A DNA stretch of 32,352 nt. It comes from a virus. The notes beneath the pieces are model-generated. The model searched no databases. It worked only from the letters and a program-made list of their open reading frames with translations, and was not told the DNA's origin. Positions 18,375 through 26,287 of the stretch are shown here, in pieces (the first letter of the stretch is position 1; the number at the start of each line of letters is the position of its first letter). The stretch lies in the UHGV virus genome UHGV-0176217; one strand, given 5' to 3'. The position numbers were made by a program, and so were the translations under genes.

Positions 18375-18939
18375 ATACTATGATGGATATCGTTCATTAT
18401 TTTTATCCTTAAAAGAAATTATTAAGGAGACGGAGCAACAGGCTATCCTTGAGGAAAATGAATTCTTCAATAAGAACATTAATTTTTTTGTTAAATCGTA
18501 TCTTATTACACTCTGCACTTATTTAGAGTCGTATTTGACTGAGGTTGCAACATGGCACTGCGATACCATCAATCGCAGGCTTAAAGCAGCCTGCTTGCCA
18601 CACAATTTTTTGCTTTGGCGAGTCAAAAAAGATGTTAAAGATAAGGAGTTGAAATATATAGATGCTGATTTAAAGGTTGATAAAAGTGAGGTGTCGGATA
18701 GCCTATCTGGTAATCCTTACAAGACGATTAAGGCATTTTCTTATTTGGGTGTTAATCTTTTGAATTCGGCGGAATTTAATGCGAATAAGGATGTTGTGAA
18801 TGCAGTGGTTGTAAAGAGAAATAACATTATTCATCATAACGACAATGCAAATGATATTAGTCTCACTGACGTAAGTGGTTATGTAGATCTGTTTGTATCC
18901 TATATGGCCGCGATAGATAATATGGTTTGTGGAAAATAA
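18361..18939 (+). CDS. Partner protein with C-terminal R-x4-H (HEPN-like) motif; putative RNase effector
   Basis: ATG at 18361 overlaps the upstream stop by 14 nt, AAGGA RBS; motif KRNNIIHH near the C-terminus; AT-rich. Confidence 0.6.
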   Translation: MENTEYYDGYRSLFLSLKEIIKETEQQAILEENEFFNKNINFFVKSYLITLCTYLESYLTEVATWHCDTINRRLKAACLPHNFLLWRVKKDVKDKELKYIDADLKVDKSEVSDSLSGNPYKTIKAFSYLGVNLLNSAEFNANKDVVNAVVVKRNNIIHHNDNANDISLTDVSGYVDLFVSYMAAIDNMVCGK

Positions 18940-18953
18940 TGTTTTAATATTCG

Positions 18954-18980
18954 TGGGGCTGTTTGATAATTTAGCCCCAT
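18954..18980 (+). terminator. Possible terminator after the moron
   Basis: Stem TGGGGCT / AGCCCCA with 13-nt loop; weak T tract. Confidence 0.3.
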
Positions 18981-19202
18981 ATCTGCTTTGGTAAGAGTTC
19001 GGAAAATAATTTTATATCATGATGAAATGTCTATGAGATTTATTTCATTTCTAAGTTTTGCTATTTGATAAATCCTTTATGTGGCTCTCATTAATCTAAT
19101 GGGATGAATTATACTGATATTTTAAAGCTGATAATTGTTGTTTCATCTCCCATAAAACTCCACTTGATTGCCACTAGCCTTTCCAGTCGGCATCCTTTCC
19201 AC

Positions 19203-19844
19203 ATGAATAATTTAAATTCTTTACAGGAAATCGCTCGGGCGATCCGCAACCTTATCCGCACCGGCATTGTGACCGACGTCGACCCCGTCGAGGGGCTTTG
19301 TCGTGTACAGACCGGCGGGATGCAAACCACCTGGCTTAACTGGCTGACCTGCCGCGCCGGCCGCTCGCGGGTGTGGTGGGCTCCTTCTGTTGGCGAGCAG
19401 GTGCTCATTCTTGCCATTGGTGGCGAGCTGGACACAGCCTTTGTGCTGCCCGGCATTTTCTCTGATGACCATCCTGCGCCGTCGGCCTCGTCCGATGCGT
19501 TTCACGTCACTTTTCCTGACGGGGTGGTTATCGAGTACGAACCCGAAAACGGGGCGCTCACCGTATCCGGTATTAAAACCGCCGACGTTACCGCGTCGGA
19601 GTCCATTACCGCCATCGTGCCGGTGGTGCTGGTGAAAGCCGAAACCCGCATTACCCTCGATACTCCCGAGGTGGTGTGTACCAACAAGCTCATCACCGGC
19701 ACGCTCGAAGTGAAAAAAGGCGGGACGATGTCGGGGAACATCGAGCACACCGAAGGGAAATTTACCTCAAACGGCGTGCAGGTCGATGCCCACGATCATG
19801 GTGGCGTGGAGCCGGGCGGAAACTGGACGAAGGGGGTCAAATGA
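19203..19844 (+). CDS. V: Baseplate spike / assembly protein V (P2 gpV-like)
   Basis: 213 aa from ATG at 19203; position before W; stop overlaps the W start. Confidence 0.85.
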   Translation: MNNLNSLQEIARAIRNLIRTGIVTDVDPVEGLCRVQTGGMQTTWLNWLTCRAGRSRVWWAPSVGEQVLILAIGGELDTAFVLPGIFSDDHPAPSASSDAFHVTFPDGVVIEYEPENGALTVSGIKTADVTASESITAIVPVVLVKAETRITLDTPEVVCTNKLITGTLEVKKGGTMSGNIEHTEGKFTSNGVQVDAHDHGGVEPGGNWTKGVK

Positions 19845-20191
19845 CGGTGCGTTATCTGGGAATGAACAGCCAGACCGGCCTCAGTATTTCTGAAGTTGAG
19901 CACATCAGGCAAAGCGTGCGCGACATTCTGGTCACGCCAGTGGGCTCGCGCGTCATGCGCCGCGAATATGGCTCGCTGTTGTCTGCACTGATTGACCAGC
20001 CGCAGACCCCGGCGCTGCGTCTGCAGATTATGGCCGCGTGCTACTCCGCGATCCAGAGGTGGGAACCGCGCGTCAGTTTGTCGACCATCACCGTTGAACG
20101 CGGAGAGGATGACGGCGCGATGTACGTCGATATGACCGGCACGCGTTCGGCATCAGGCCAGCCTTTTTCTATCACCCTTCCACTGAGTTAA
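19841..20191 (+). CDS. W: Baseplate wedge protein W (gp25-like)
   Basis: 116 aa; ATGA overlap with V. Confidence 0.85.
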   Translation: MTVRYLGMNSQTGLSISEVEHIRQSVRDILVTPVGSRVMRREYGSLLSALIDQPQTPALRLQIMAACYSAIQRWEPRVSLSTITVERGEDDGAMYVDMTGTRSASGQPFSITLPLS

Positions 20192-20196
20192 ACGTT

Positions 20197-21105
20197 ATGG
20201 CTATTGTTGACCTGAGCCAGCTCGCCGCACCTGATGTTGTGGAAGAGTTGGATTATGAAACCATCCTGACAGAGCGAAAGGTGACGCTCGTCTCACTCTA
20301 TCCCGAAGAGCAACAGGACGCGGTAGCGCGTACGCTGACGCTTGAATCTGAGCCGATTGTGAAGCTGTTGCAGGAAAATGCTTATCGGGAGGTTATCTGG
20401 CGTCAGCGGGTGAATGAGTCGGCATGGGCGGTGATGCTGGCTTACGCTGCCGGTCATGACCTTGATAACCTCGGCGCAAATTACAATGTTGAGCGTCTCG
20501 TTATTACGCCTGCTGATGAGACCACGCTGCCGCCAACGCCTGCCGTCATGGAATCGGACACCGATTACCGTCTGCGAATTCAACAGGCTTTTGAGGGAAT
20601 GAGCGTGGCCGGGTCGACCGGTGCGTATCAGTTTCATGGCCGCAGTGCTGACGGGCGGGTCGCCGATATTTCTGTTATCAGCCCGCAGCCTGCCTGCGTG
20701 ACCGTGTCGGTACTGTCCCGGGAGAATAACGGCGCGGCATCCGGGGAACTGCTCGCCGTGGTGCGTAATGCTCTCAACGATGAGGATGTGAGGCCGGTTG
20801 CTGACCGCGTGACCGTGCAGTCGGCGGTCATTGTCGACTACACCATCGATGCCGCGCTTTATCTTTATCCCGGCCCCGAAAGCGAGCCGGTGCTCAGTGC
20901 GGCAAAAGCGAAGCTGCAGGCTTATATCAACGCGCAGCACCGGCTCGGGCGCGATATCCGCAAGTCTGCCATCTATGCCGCGCTTCACGTCGAGGGGGTG
21001 CAGCGTGTCGAACTTGTCGCGCCGGTCGCTGACATCGTACTCAATGAGACACAGGCGTCATATTGCACTGCTTACAGCGTAAACATCGGGGGCAACGATG
21101 AGTGA
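20197..21105 (+). CDS. J: Baseplate protein J (P2 gpJ-like)
   Basis: 302 aa, same length as P2 J; stop overlaps the I start. Confidence 0.85.
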   Translation: MAIVDLSQLAAPDVVEELDYETILTERKVTLVSLYPEEQQDAVARTLTLESEPIVKLLQENAYREVIWRQRVNESAWAVMLAYAAGHDLDNLGANYNVERLVITPADETTLPPTPAVMESDTDYRLRIQQAFEGMSVAGSTGAYQFHGRSADGRVADISVISPQPACVTVSVLSRENNGAASGELLAVVRNALNDEDVRPVADRVTVQSAVIVDYTIDAALYLYPGPESEPVLSAAKAKLQAYINAQHRLGRDIRKSAIYAALHVEGVQRVELVAPVADIVLNETQASYCTAYSVNIGGNDE

Positions 21106-21628
21106 TACTCGTCTGCTGCCGGTGGGCTCGTCGCCGCTTGAGGTGGCGGCGGCGCGCGCCTGCGCGGATATCGAAAATACGCCCGTCCCGCTGCGTCGTC
21201 TATGGAACCCTGACAACTGCCCCGCAAATCTGCTGCCGTGGCTGGCCTGGGCGTTTTCGGTTGATCGCTGGGATGAGAGCTGGCCGGAAGAAACCAAACG
21301 CGAGGTTATCCGCAGCACGTGGTTTATCCATGCGCATAAAGGGACGATAGGTGCGGTGCGTCGTGTGGTCGAGCCGCTCGGGTATCTGATTAACGTGACG
21401 GAGTGGTGGGAGACGAACGACCCCCCGGGCACGTTTCGCCTTGATATCGGCGTGCTGGAGACCGGTATCACCGAGGAAATGTATTACGAAATGGAAAGGC
21501 TGATTGCCGATGCAAAGCCAGCCAGCCGCCATCTTATTGGCCTGAATATTATCCAGGACATACCGGGTTATCTCTTCACCGGAGCCCTGACCTGGGACGG
21601 CGACATCATCACGGTTTACCCCGGATAA
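21098..21628 (+). CDS. I: Baseplate protein I (P2 gpI-like)
   Basis: 176 aa, same length as P2 I. Confidence 0.85.
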   Translation: MSDTRLLPVGSSPLEVAAARACADIENTPVPLRRLWNPDNCPANLLPWLAWAFSVDRWDESWPEETKREVIRSTWFIHAHKGTIGAVRRVVEPLGYLINVTEWWETNDPPGTFRLDIGVLETGITEEMYYEMERLIADAKPASRHLIGLNIIQDIPGYLFTGALTWDGDIITVYPG

Positions 21629-21639
21629 GTGAGAACACA

Positions 21640-23325
21640 ATGACAGTGAAATATAAAACCGTTATCACCCGAGCCGGTGCGGAAAAACTGGCGGCGGCGA
21701 CGCTCCCGAACGGGAAGAAAGTCAATTTTGCTGTGATGGCCGTCGGGGACGGCGGCGGAAAACTGCCCGAACCGGACGCCAGCCAGACAAAACTCGTCAA
21801 TGAGGTCTGGCGTCATGTCCTGAACAAAATCAGCCAGGACAAAAAACATAAAAATTATGTCGTGGCGGAGCTGGTGATCCCCCCGGAGACCGGCGGTTTC
21901 TGGCTGCGTGAAATGGGGCTTTACGATGACACCGGCACGCTGATTGCGGTCGGCAATATGGCCGAAAGCTACAAACCCGAGCTGGCGGAAGGATCAGGTC
22001 GTGCGCAGACGCTGCGTATGGTGATCATGGTGAGTGATATCGACACGGTCGAGTTGTCCATCGATACCACGCTGGTGATGGCGACGCAGGATTATGTCGA
22101 CGACAAACTCGCAGAGCATGAGCAGTCCCGCCGCCATCCTGACGCCACGCTGAAAGAAAAAGGGTTCACGCAGTTAAGCAGTGCGACCGACAGCACGTCT
22201 GAGGCGCTCGCCGCGACACCGAAAGCGGTTAAGGCGGCGTATGACCTTGCGAAAGGTAAATACTCGGCTCAGGACGCGACCACGGCGCAGAAAGGGATTG
22301 TTCAGCTCAGTAGCGCCATCGACAGCGTGTCTGAGACGCTCGCCGCAACGCCAAAAGCGGTGAAAGCGGCGAATGATAATGCTGATGGCCGCGTTCCTTC
22401 CTCGCGCAAAATTAACGGACACTCCCTGAATGCTGACACCAGTGTCACCTCGCAGGATATTTTCGACGACCAGGCTATTGGGCTGATAACGGAGGATTTA
22501 GACACCCTTAAAACGCCGGGTATTTACTTTCAGCCAGCGAATTCTAATACCTCAGCCGCCAGACATTACCCTGAAAATAACGCCGGGACGCTGGTCATTT
22601 ATAAAAATGCCGGAGTGACTCAGGTATACCGGGTTTATAACAGCTCCCGGAGCTACTCGCGCAGCCAGTATTCAACAGGCGCATGGACACCGTGGACGCC
22701 TGATGATGTTTTTCCGGTAGGCGCTCCCGTTGCGTGGCCGTCTGACAGTGTTCCTGCTGGCTATGCCGTCATGCAGGGACAAACTTTTGATAAAGCCGCG
22801 TATCCGCTGCTTGCTGTGGTGTACCCATCGGGTGTTATTCCTGATATGCGGGGCTGGACAATCAAAGGTAAACCCGCAAGTGGGCGCGCTATTTTGTCTC
22901 AGGAGCAGGACGGCATTAAATCGCACGCCCACGGTGCCAGCGCATCGAGCACCGATTTAGGGACGAAAACCACCAGTGCTTTTGACCACGGAACGAAAAC
23001 CACCACGACCTTTGACTACGGGACAAAAACCACTAATGCAACCGGCAACCATGCGCACACTTTTACCGTACACCGGGGAGATCAGGCCGGGGGACAGGCC
23101 GCCGACGGTAACGAAATAGCGACGGGAACGAAAACAACATCAACTGCAGGTAATCACGCGCATACCGTGGCGATTGGTGCCCACAATCATAATGTCGGGA
23201 TTGGCGCACACTCGCACTCCGTTGCTATTGGCGCACACGGTCACACCATTACGATCGCCGCGTCGGGTAATGCAGAAAACACCATCAAAAACATCGCCTT
23301 TAACTATATCGTGAGACTCGCATAA
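21640..23325 (+). CDS. H: Tail fibre protein H (mosaic)
   Basis: 561 aa; conserved N-terminus; two copies of the tail-fibre repeat [20 protein letters not shown]; C-terminal Gly/Thr/His-rich tip (GTKTT x3, GNHAHT x2, IGAHxH x3). Confidence 0.85.
   Translation: MTVKYKTVITRAGAEKLAAATLPNGKKVNFAVMAVGDGGGKLPEPDASQTKLVNEVWRHVLNKISQDKKHKNYVVAELVIPPETGGFWLREMGLYDDTGTLIAVGNMAESYKPELAEGSGRAQTLRMVIMVSDIDTVELSIDTTLVMATQDYVDDKLAEHEQSRRHPDATLKEKGFTQLSSATDSTSEALAATPKAVKAAYDLAKGKYSAQDATTAQKGIVQLSSAIDSVSETLAATPKAVKAANDNADGRVPSSRKINGHSLNADTSVTSQDIFDDQAIGLITEDLDTLKTPGIYFQPANSNTSAARHYPENNAGTLVIYKNAGVTQVYRVYNSSRSYSRSQYSTGAWTPWTPDDVFPVGAPVAWPSDSVPAGYAVMQGQTFDKAAYPLLAVVYPSGVIPDMRGWTIKGKPASGRAILSQEQDGIKSHAHGASASSTDLGTKTTSAFDHGTKTTTTFDYGTKTTNATGNHAHTFTVHRGDQAGGQAADGNEIATGTKTTSTAGNHAHTVAIGAHNHNVGIGAHSHSVAIGAHGHTITIAASGNAENTIKNIAFNYIVRLA
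22171..22371 (+). repeat. Two copies of the in-frame phage tail-fibre repeat inside H
   Basis: cagttaagcagtgcgaccgacagcacgtctgaggcgctcgccgcgacaccgaaagcggttaaggcggcg at about 22171-22240 versus cagctcagtagcgccatcgacagcgtgtctgagacgctcgccgcaacgccaaaagcggtgaaagcggcg at about 22303-22371. Confidence 0.6.
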
Positions 23326-23903
23326 TGACGTTTAAAATGACCGGAGAAAGCCGGACTATCACTGTGTATAACTTTCGTGCAGACACCTGTGAATTTATTG
23401 GAAAAGGTGACGCCCTGATACCGGCATTTACCGGATTGCCCGCCTGCTGCACCAGTGAAAAGCCCCCGGAAACCCGAGACGGATTTATTCCGGTTTATGA
23501 CACTGAAAATGGTTGCTGGGCTATCACTGAAGACCACCGGGGGGAGGTTGTCTATGACACCGAAACAGGTCATGAGAGGGAGATAACCGAGCCGGGTCAG
23601 TATCCGGCAGGAACAACACCGGTTGTGCCGGAAAACCCGTGGCAGAAATGGGATGGTAAAACATGGGTTGATGATGCTGATGCTGCACGTAATGCATTGA
23701 CAGAGGCTGCGAAAAACAACAAAAACAGGCTTCTTAAACAGGCCAATACTGCGGTTGCGACATTACAGGACTCCGTTGATCTGGAGATGGCAACCGACGA
23801 TGAAAAAACGCACCTCATTGCATGGAAAAAATACCGTGTTTTACTGAGCCGCATCCAGCCGGAGGATGCTCCGGATATTGAATGGCCGCCGCTGCCAGTC
23901 TGA
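23325..23903 (+). CDS. G: Tail fibre assembly chaperone (P2 gpG-like)
   Basis: 192 aa; immediately after H with overlapping stop/start; conserved C-terminus ...W.KYR..L.R......PDIEWP..P. Confidence 0.8.
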   Translation: MTFKMTGESRTITVYNFRADTCEFIGKGDALIPAFTGLPACCTSEKPPETRDGFIPVYDTENGCWAITEDHRGEVVYDTETGHEREITEPGQYPAGTTPVVPENPWQKWDGKTWVDDADAARNALTEAAKNNKNRLLKQANTAVATLQDSVDLEMATDDEKTHLIAWKKYRVLLSRIQPEDAPDIEWPPLPV

Positions 23904-23913
23904 TCCGACATCT

Positions 23914-23940
23914 GGCGGGCAGTTGCCCGCCTTTTCCTTT
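23914..23940 (+). terminator. Intrinsic terminator after G
   Basis: Stem GGCGGGC / GCCCGCC with 4-nt loop, then TTTTCCTTT. Confidence 0.55.
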
Positions 23941-23946
23941 CCCGTC

Positions 23947-23975
23947 GTTGTGTCAGACCTTAGCCAACCCTGACA
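23947..23975. promoter_or_regulatory. Candidate Ogr-dependent late promoter element upstream of FI
   Basis: GTTGTGTCAG (23947-23956) and dyad TGTCAG ... CTGACA (23951-23975), ~90 bp upstream of the FI ATG; same 10-mer as upstream of O. Confidence 0.3.
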
Positions 23976-24038
23976 AATAGCCCGCACCCGCCACACAACA
24001 GAAAATATCACTCACCCCTTAACCACGGAGTTAAACGG

Positions 24039-25232
24039 ATGAGTGACTATCATCACGGCGTGCAGGTCATCGAGATTAACGATGGCGTGCGCACCATTTC
24101 CACCGTTTCGACGGCCATCATCGGCATGGTCTGCACGGCCAGCGATGCTGACGAAAAAACATTTCCCCTCAATGAGCCGGTGCTCATTACGAACGTGCAG
24201 AGCGCTATCGGTAAGGCCGGTAAACAGGGCACGCTGTCGGCGTCCCTGCAGGCTATCGCTGACCAGTGCAAGCCGGTCATCGTGGCCGTGCGTGTGGCCG
24301 AAGGTATTGAAGATCCGGAGAACCCCGAGGAGGCGCACAAACAGACCATTTCTAATATCATCGGCACCACCGACGAAAACGGCAAATATACCGGGCTGAA
24401 AGCCCTGCTGACGGCGAAAACCGTCACCGGCGTTAAGCCACGGATTCTCGGCGTGCCGGGGCTGGATTCACAGGAGGTGGCGACCGCACTCGCGTCCACC
24501 TGTCAGAGCCTGCGCGCCTTTGGCTATGTCAGCGCATGGGGCTGTAAAACCATTTCCGAGGCCATCGACTACCGCGAGAATTTCAGCCAGCGTGAGCTGA
24601 TGGTCATCTTCCCTGATTTTCTGGCATGGGACACCACGGCGAACGCGACCGCGACAGCCTGGGCGACGGCGCGCGCGCTCGGCCTGCGTGCCAAAATCGA
24701 CCAGACGGTCGGCTGGCATAAAACCCTGTCTAACGTTGGCGTTAACGGTGTGACCGGCGTCAGTGCCTCAGTATCGTGGGATTTGCAGGAACCGGCGACC
24801 GACGCCAACCTGCTGAATCAGGCCGGTGTCACCACGCTTATCCGCAATGATGGTTTCAAGTTTTGGGGAAACCGTACCTGCTCGGATGATCCGCTTTTCC
24901 TGTTTGAGAACTACACCCGCACCGCGCAGGTACTGGCCGACACGATGGCGGAGGCGCACGCGTGGGCGATGGATAAACCCATTACCCCGACCCTCATTCG
25001 CGACATCGTTTCCGGTATCAATGCCAAATTCCGCGAGCTGAAAACCAGTGGTTATATCGTTGACGGCTTCTGCTGGTACGACCCGGAGTCGAACGACACC
25101 GCGACCCTGAAAGTGGGGAAACTGTATATCGATTACGACTATACCCCCGTCCCGCCGCTGGAAAACCTGACCCTGCGCCAGCGCATCACCGATACCTATC
25201 TGGCGAACCTGTCGGACTCGGTCAACAGCTAA
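24039..25232 (+). CDS. FI: Tail sheath protein (P2 gpFI-like)
   Basis: 397 aa; position and size. Confidence 0.9.
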   Translation: MSDYHHGVQVIEINDGVRTISTVSTAIIGMVCTASDADEKTFPLNEPVLITNVQSAIGKAGKQGTLSASLQAIADQCKPVIVAVRVAEGIEDPENPEEAHKQTISNIIGTTDENGKYTGLKALLTAKTVTGVKPRILGVPGLDSQEVATALASTCQSLRAFGYVSAWGCKTISEAIDYRENFSQRELMVIFPDFLAWDTTANATATAWATARALGLRAKIDQTVGWHKTLSNVGVNGVTGVSASVSWDLQEPATDANLLNQAGVTTLIRNDGFKFWGNRTCSDDPLFLFENYTRTAQVLADTMAEAHAWAMDKPITPTLIRDIVSGINAKFRELKTSGYIVDGFCWYDPESNDTATLKVGKLYIDYDYTPVPPLENLTLRQRITDTYLANLSDSVNS

Positions 25233-25244
25233 GGAGCTCTGAGC

Positions 25245-25763
25245 ATGGCGTTACCCCGCAAACTGAAATACCTGAATATGTTCAACGATGGCCTCAGCTA
25301 TATGGGCGTTGTTGAATCCGTCACCCTGCCAAAACTGACCCGCAAGCTGGAGAAATATCGCGGCGGCGGGATGCCGGGGGCGGTGTCGGTTGACCTTGGC
25401 CTCGATGACGATGCGCTGTCGCTTGAGTGGACGCTCGGCGGTCTGCCTGACATTGAATTGTGGGCGCAGTACGCCTCACCGGGTGCTGACAGCGTGCCGC
25501 TGCGTTTTACCGGCTCTTATCAGCGTGACGACACCGGCGCGATTTCTGCCGTCGAGGTGGTGATGCGTGGCCGTCATAAAGAATACGACGGCGGTGAAAA
25601 CAAGCAGGGCGAAAGCGGTACAACCAAAATGGCGACCGAGTGCGCCTATTACCAGCTCACGATCGACGGCAAAGAAGTCATCGAGATTGACGTGATCAAC
25701 ATGGTGCTGAAAGTCGACGGTGTCGACCGTATGGCAGAGCACCGCAAGGCGATTGGCCTGTAA
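25245..25763 (+). CDS. FII: Tail tube protein (P2 gpFII-like)
   Basis: 172 aa, same length as P2 FII. Confidence 0.9.
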   Translation: MALPRKLKYLNMFNDGLSYMGVVESVTLPKLTRKLEKYRGGGMPGAVSVDLGLDDDALSLEWTLGGLPDIELWAQYASPGADSVPLRFTGSYQRDDTGAISAVEVVMRGRHKEYDGGENKQGESGTTKMATECAYYQLTIDGKEVIEIDVINMVLKVDGVDRMAEHRKAIGL

Positions 25764-25817
25764 TCCTTCAACCGGTCAGTGAGGCTGGCCGGTCATTTAC
25801 CCTGATGAGAAATTCGC

Positions 25818-26132
25818 ATGAAAAATATCAATGAGACTGCTGTTGCTGACACTGAGAACGTCAATCCGAATGTCGTTATTTTTGACACCCCGCTGATGCG
25901 CGGTGAGCAGAAAGTTGAGCAGGTCACCTTAACCAAACCGAATGCGGGAACCCTGCGCGGGGTGTCGCTGGCGTCGCTGGCAAATTCCGACGTTGATGCG
26001 CTGATTAAGGTGCTGCCGCGCATGACATATCCGGCACTGACCGAGCACGAGCTCGCGCGTCTGGATGCGTCAGACCTGATTTCACTAGCCGGTAAGGTGG
26101 TCGGTTTTTTGTCACCAGCTTCGGGTCGCTGA
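25818..26132 (+). CDS. E: Tail assembly chaperone E (zero-frame product)
   Basis: 104-aa ORF ending just after the slippery heptamer; position between FII and T. Confidence 0.8.
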   Translation: MKNINETAVADTENVNPNVVIFDTPLMRGEQKVEQVTLTKPNAGTLRGVSLASLANSDVDALIKVLPRMTYPALTEHELARLDASDLISLAGKVVGFLSPASGR

Positions 26133-26287
26133 CCTTCCCGGAAAAACTGTCGGTCGATGACCTGATGGCGGATATTGCGGTGATCTTCCACTGGCCGCCA
26201 TCAGAGCTAAATTCCCTGAGTGTGACCGAGCTCCTGACATGGCGCGATAAGGCGCTGCAACGAAGCGGAAGCCATCATGAGCAATAA
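25818..26287 (+). CDS. E': E+E' fusion made by programmed -1 ribosomal frameshift
   Basis: The -1 frame entered at T-TTT-TTG (26105-26111) stays open to a TAA at 26285-26287, overlapping the T start. Confidence 0.65.
26105..26111 (+). promoter_or_regulatory. -1 programmed frameshift slippery site TTTTTTG
   Basis: Heptamer GGT TTT TTG positioned so a -1 slip continues into an open 58-codon extension. Confidence 0.65.

Noticed and set aside
19100-19200. Partial late-promoter-like motif (TTGTTGTTTCATC) upstream of V
   Set aside because: Only a partial match to the GTTGTGTCAG element upstream of O and FI, with no clear dyad; insufficient to call.
22900-23290. Short periodic repeats (GTKTT, GNHAHT, IGAHxH), considered as a CRISPR-like or VNTR array
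   Set aside because: They are in-frame codon repeats in the tail-fibre C-terminus, irregular in length and spacing; no repeat-spacer architecture.
25772-25795. Possible hairpin/attenuator between FII and E
   Set aside because: The inverted repeat is imperfect and is better described as a direct repeat CCGGTCA around a GGCCGG palindrome, with no U-tract.
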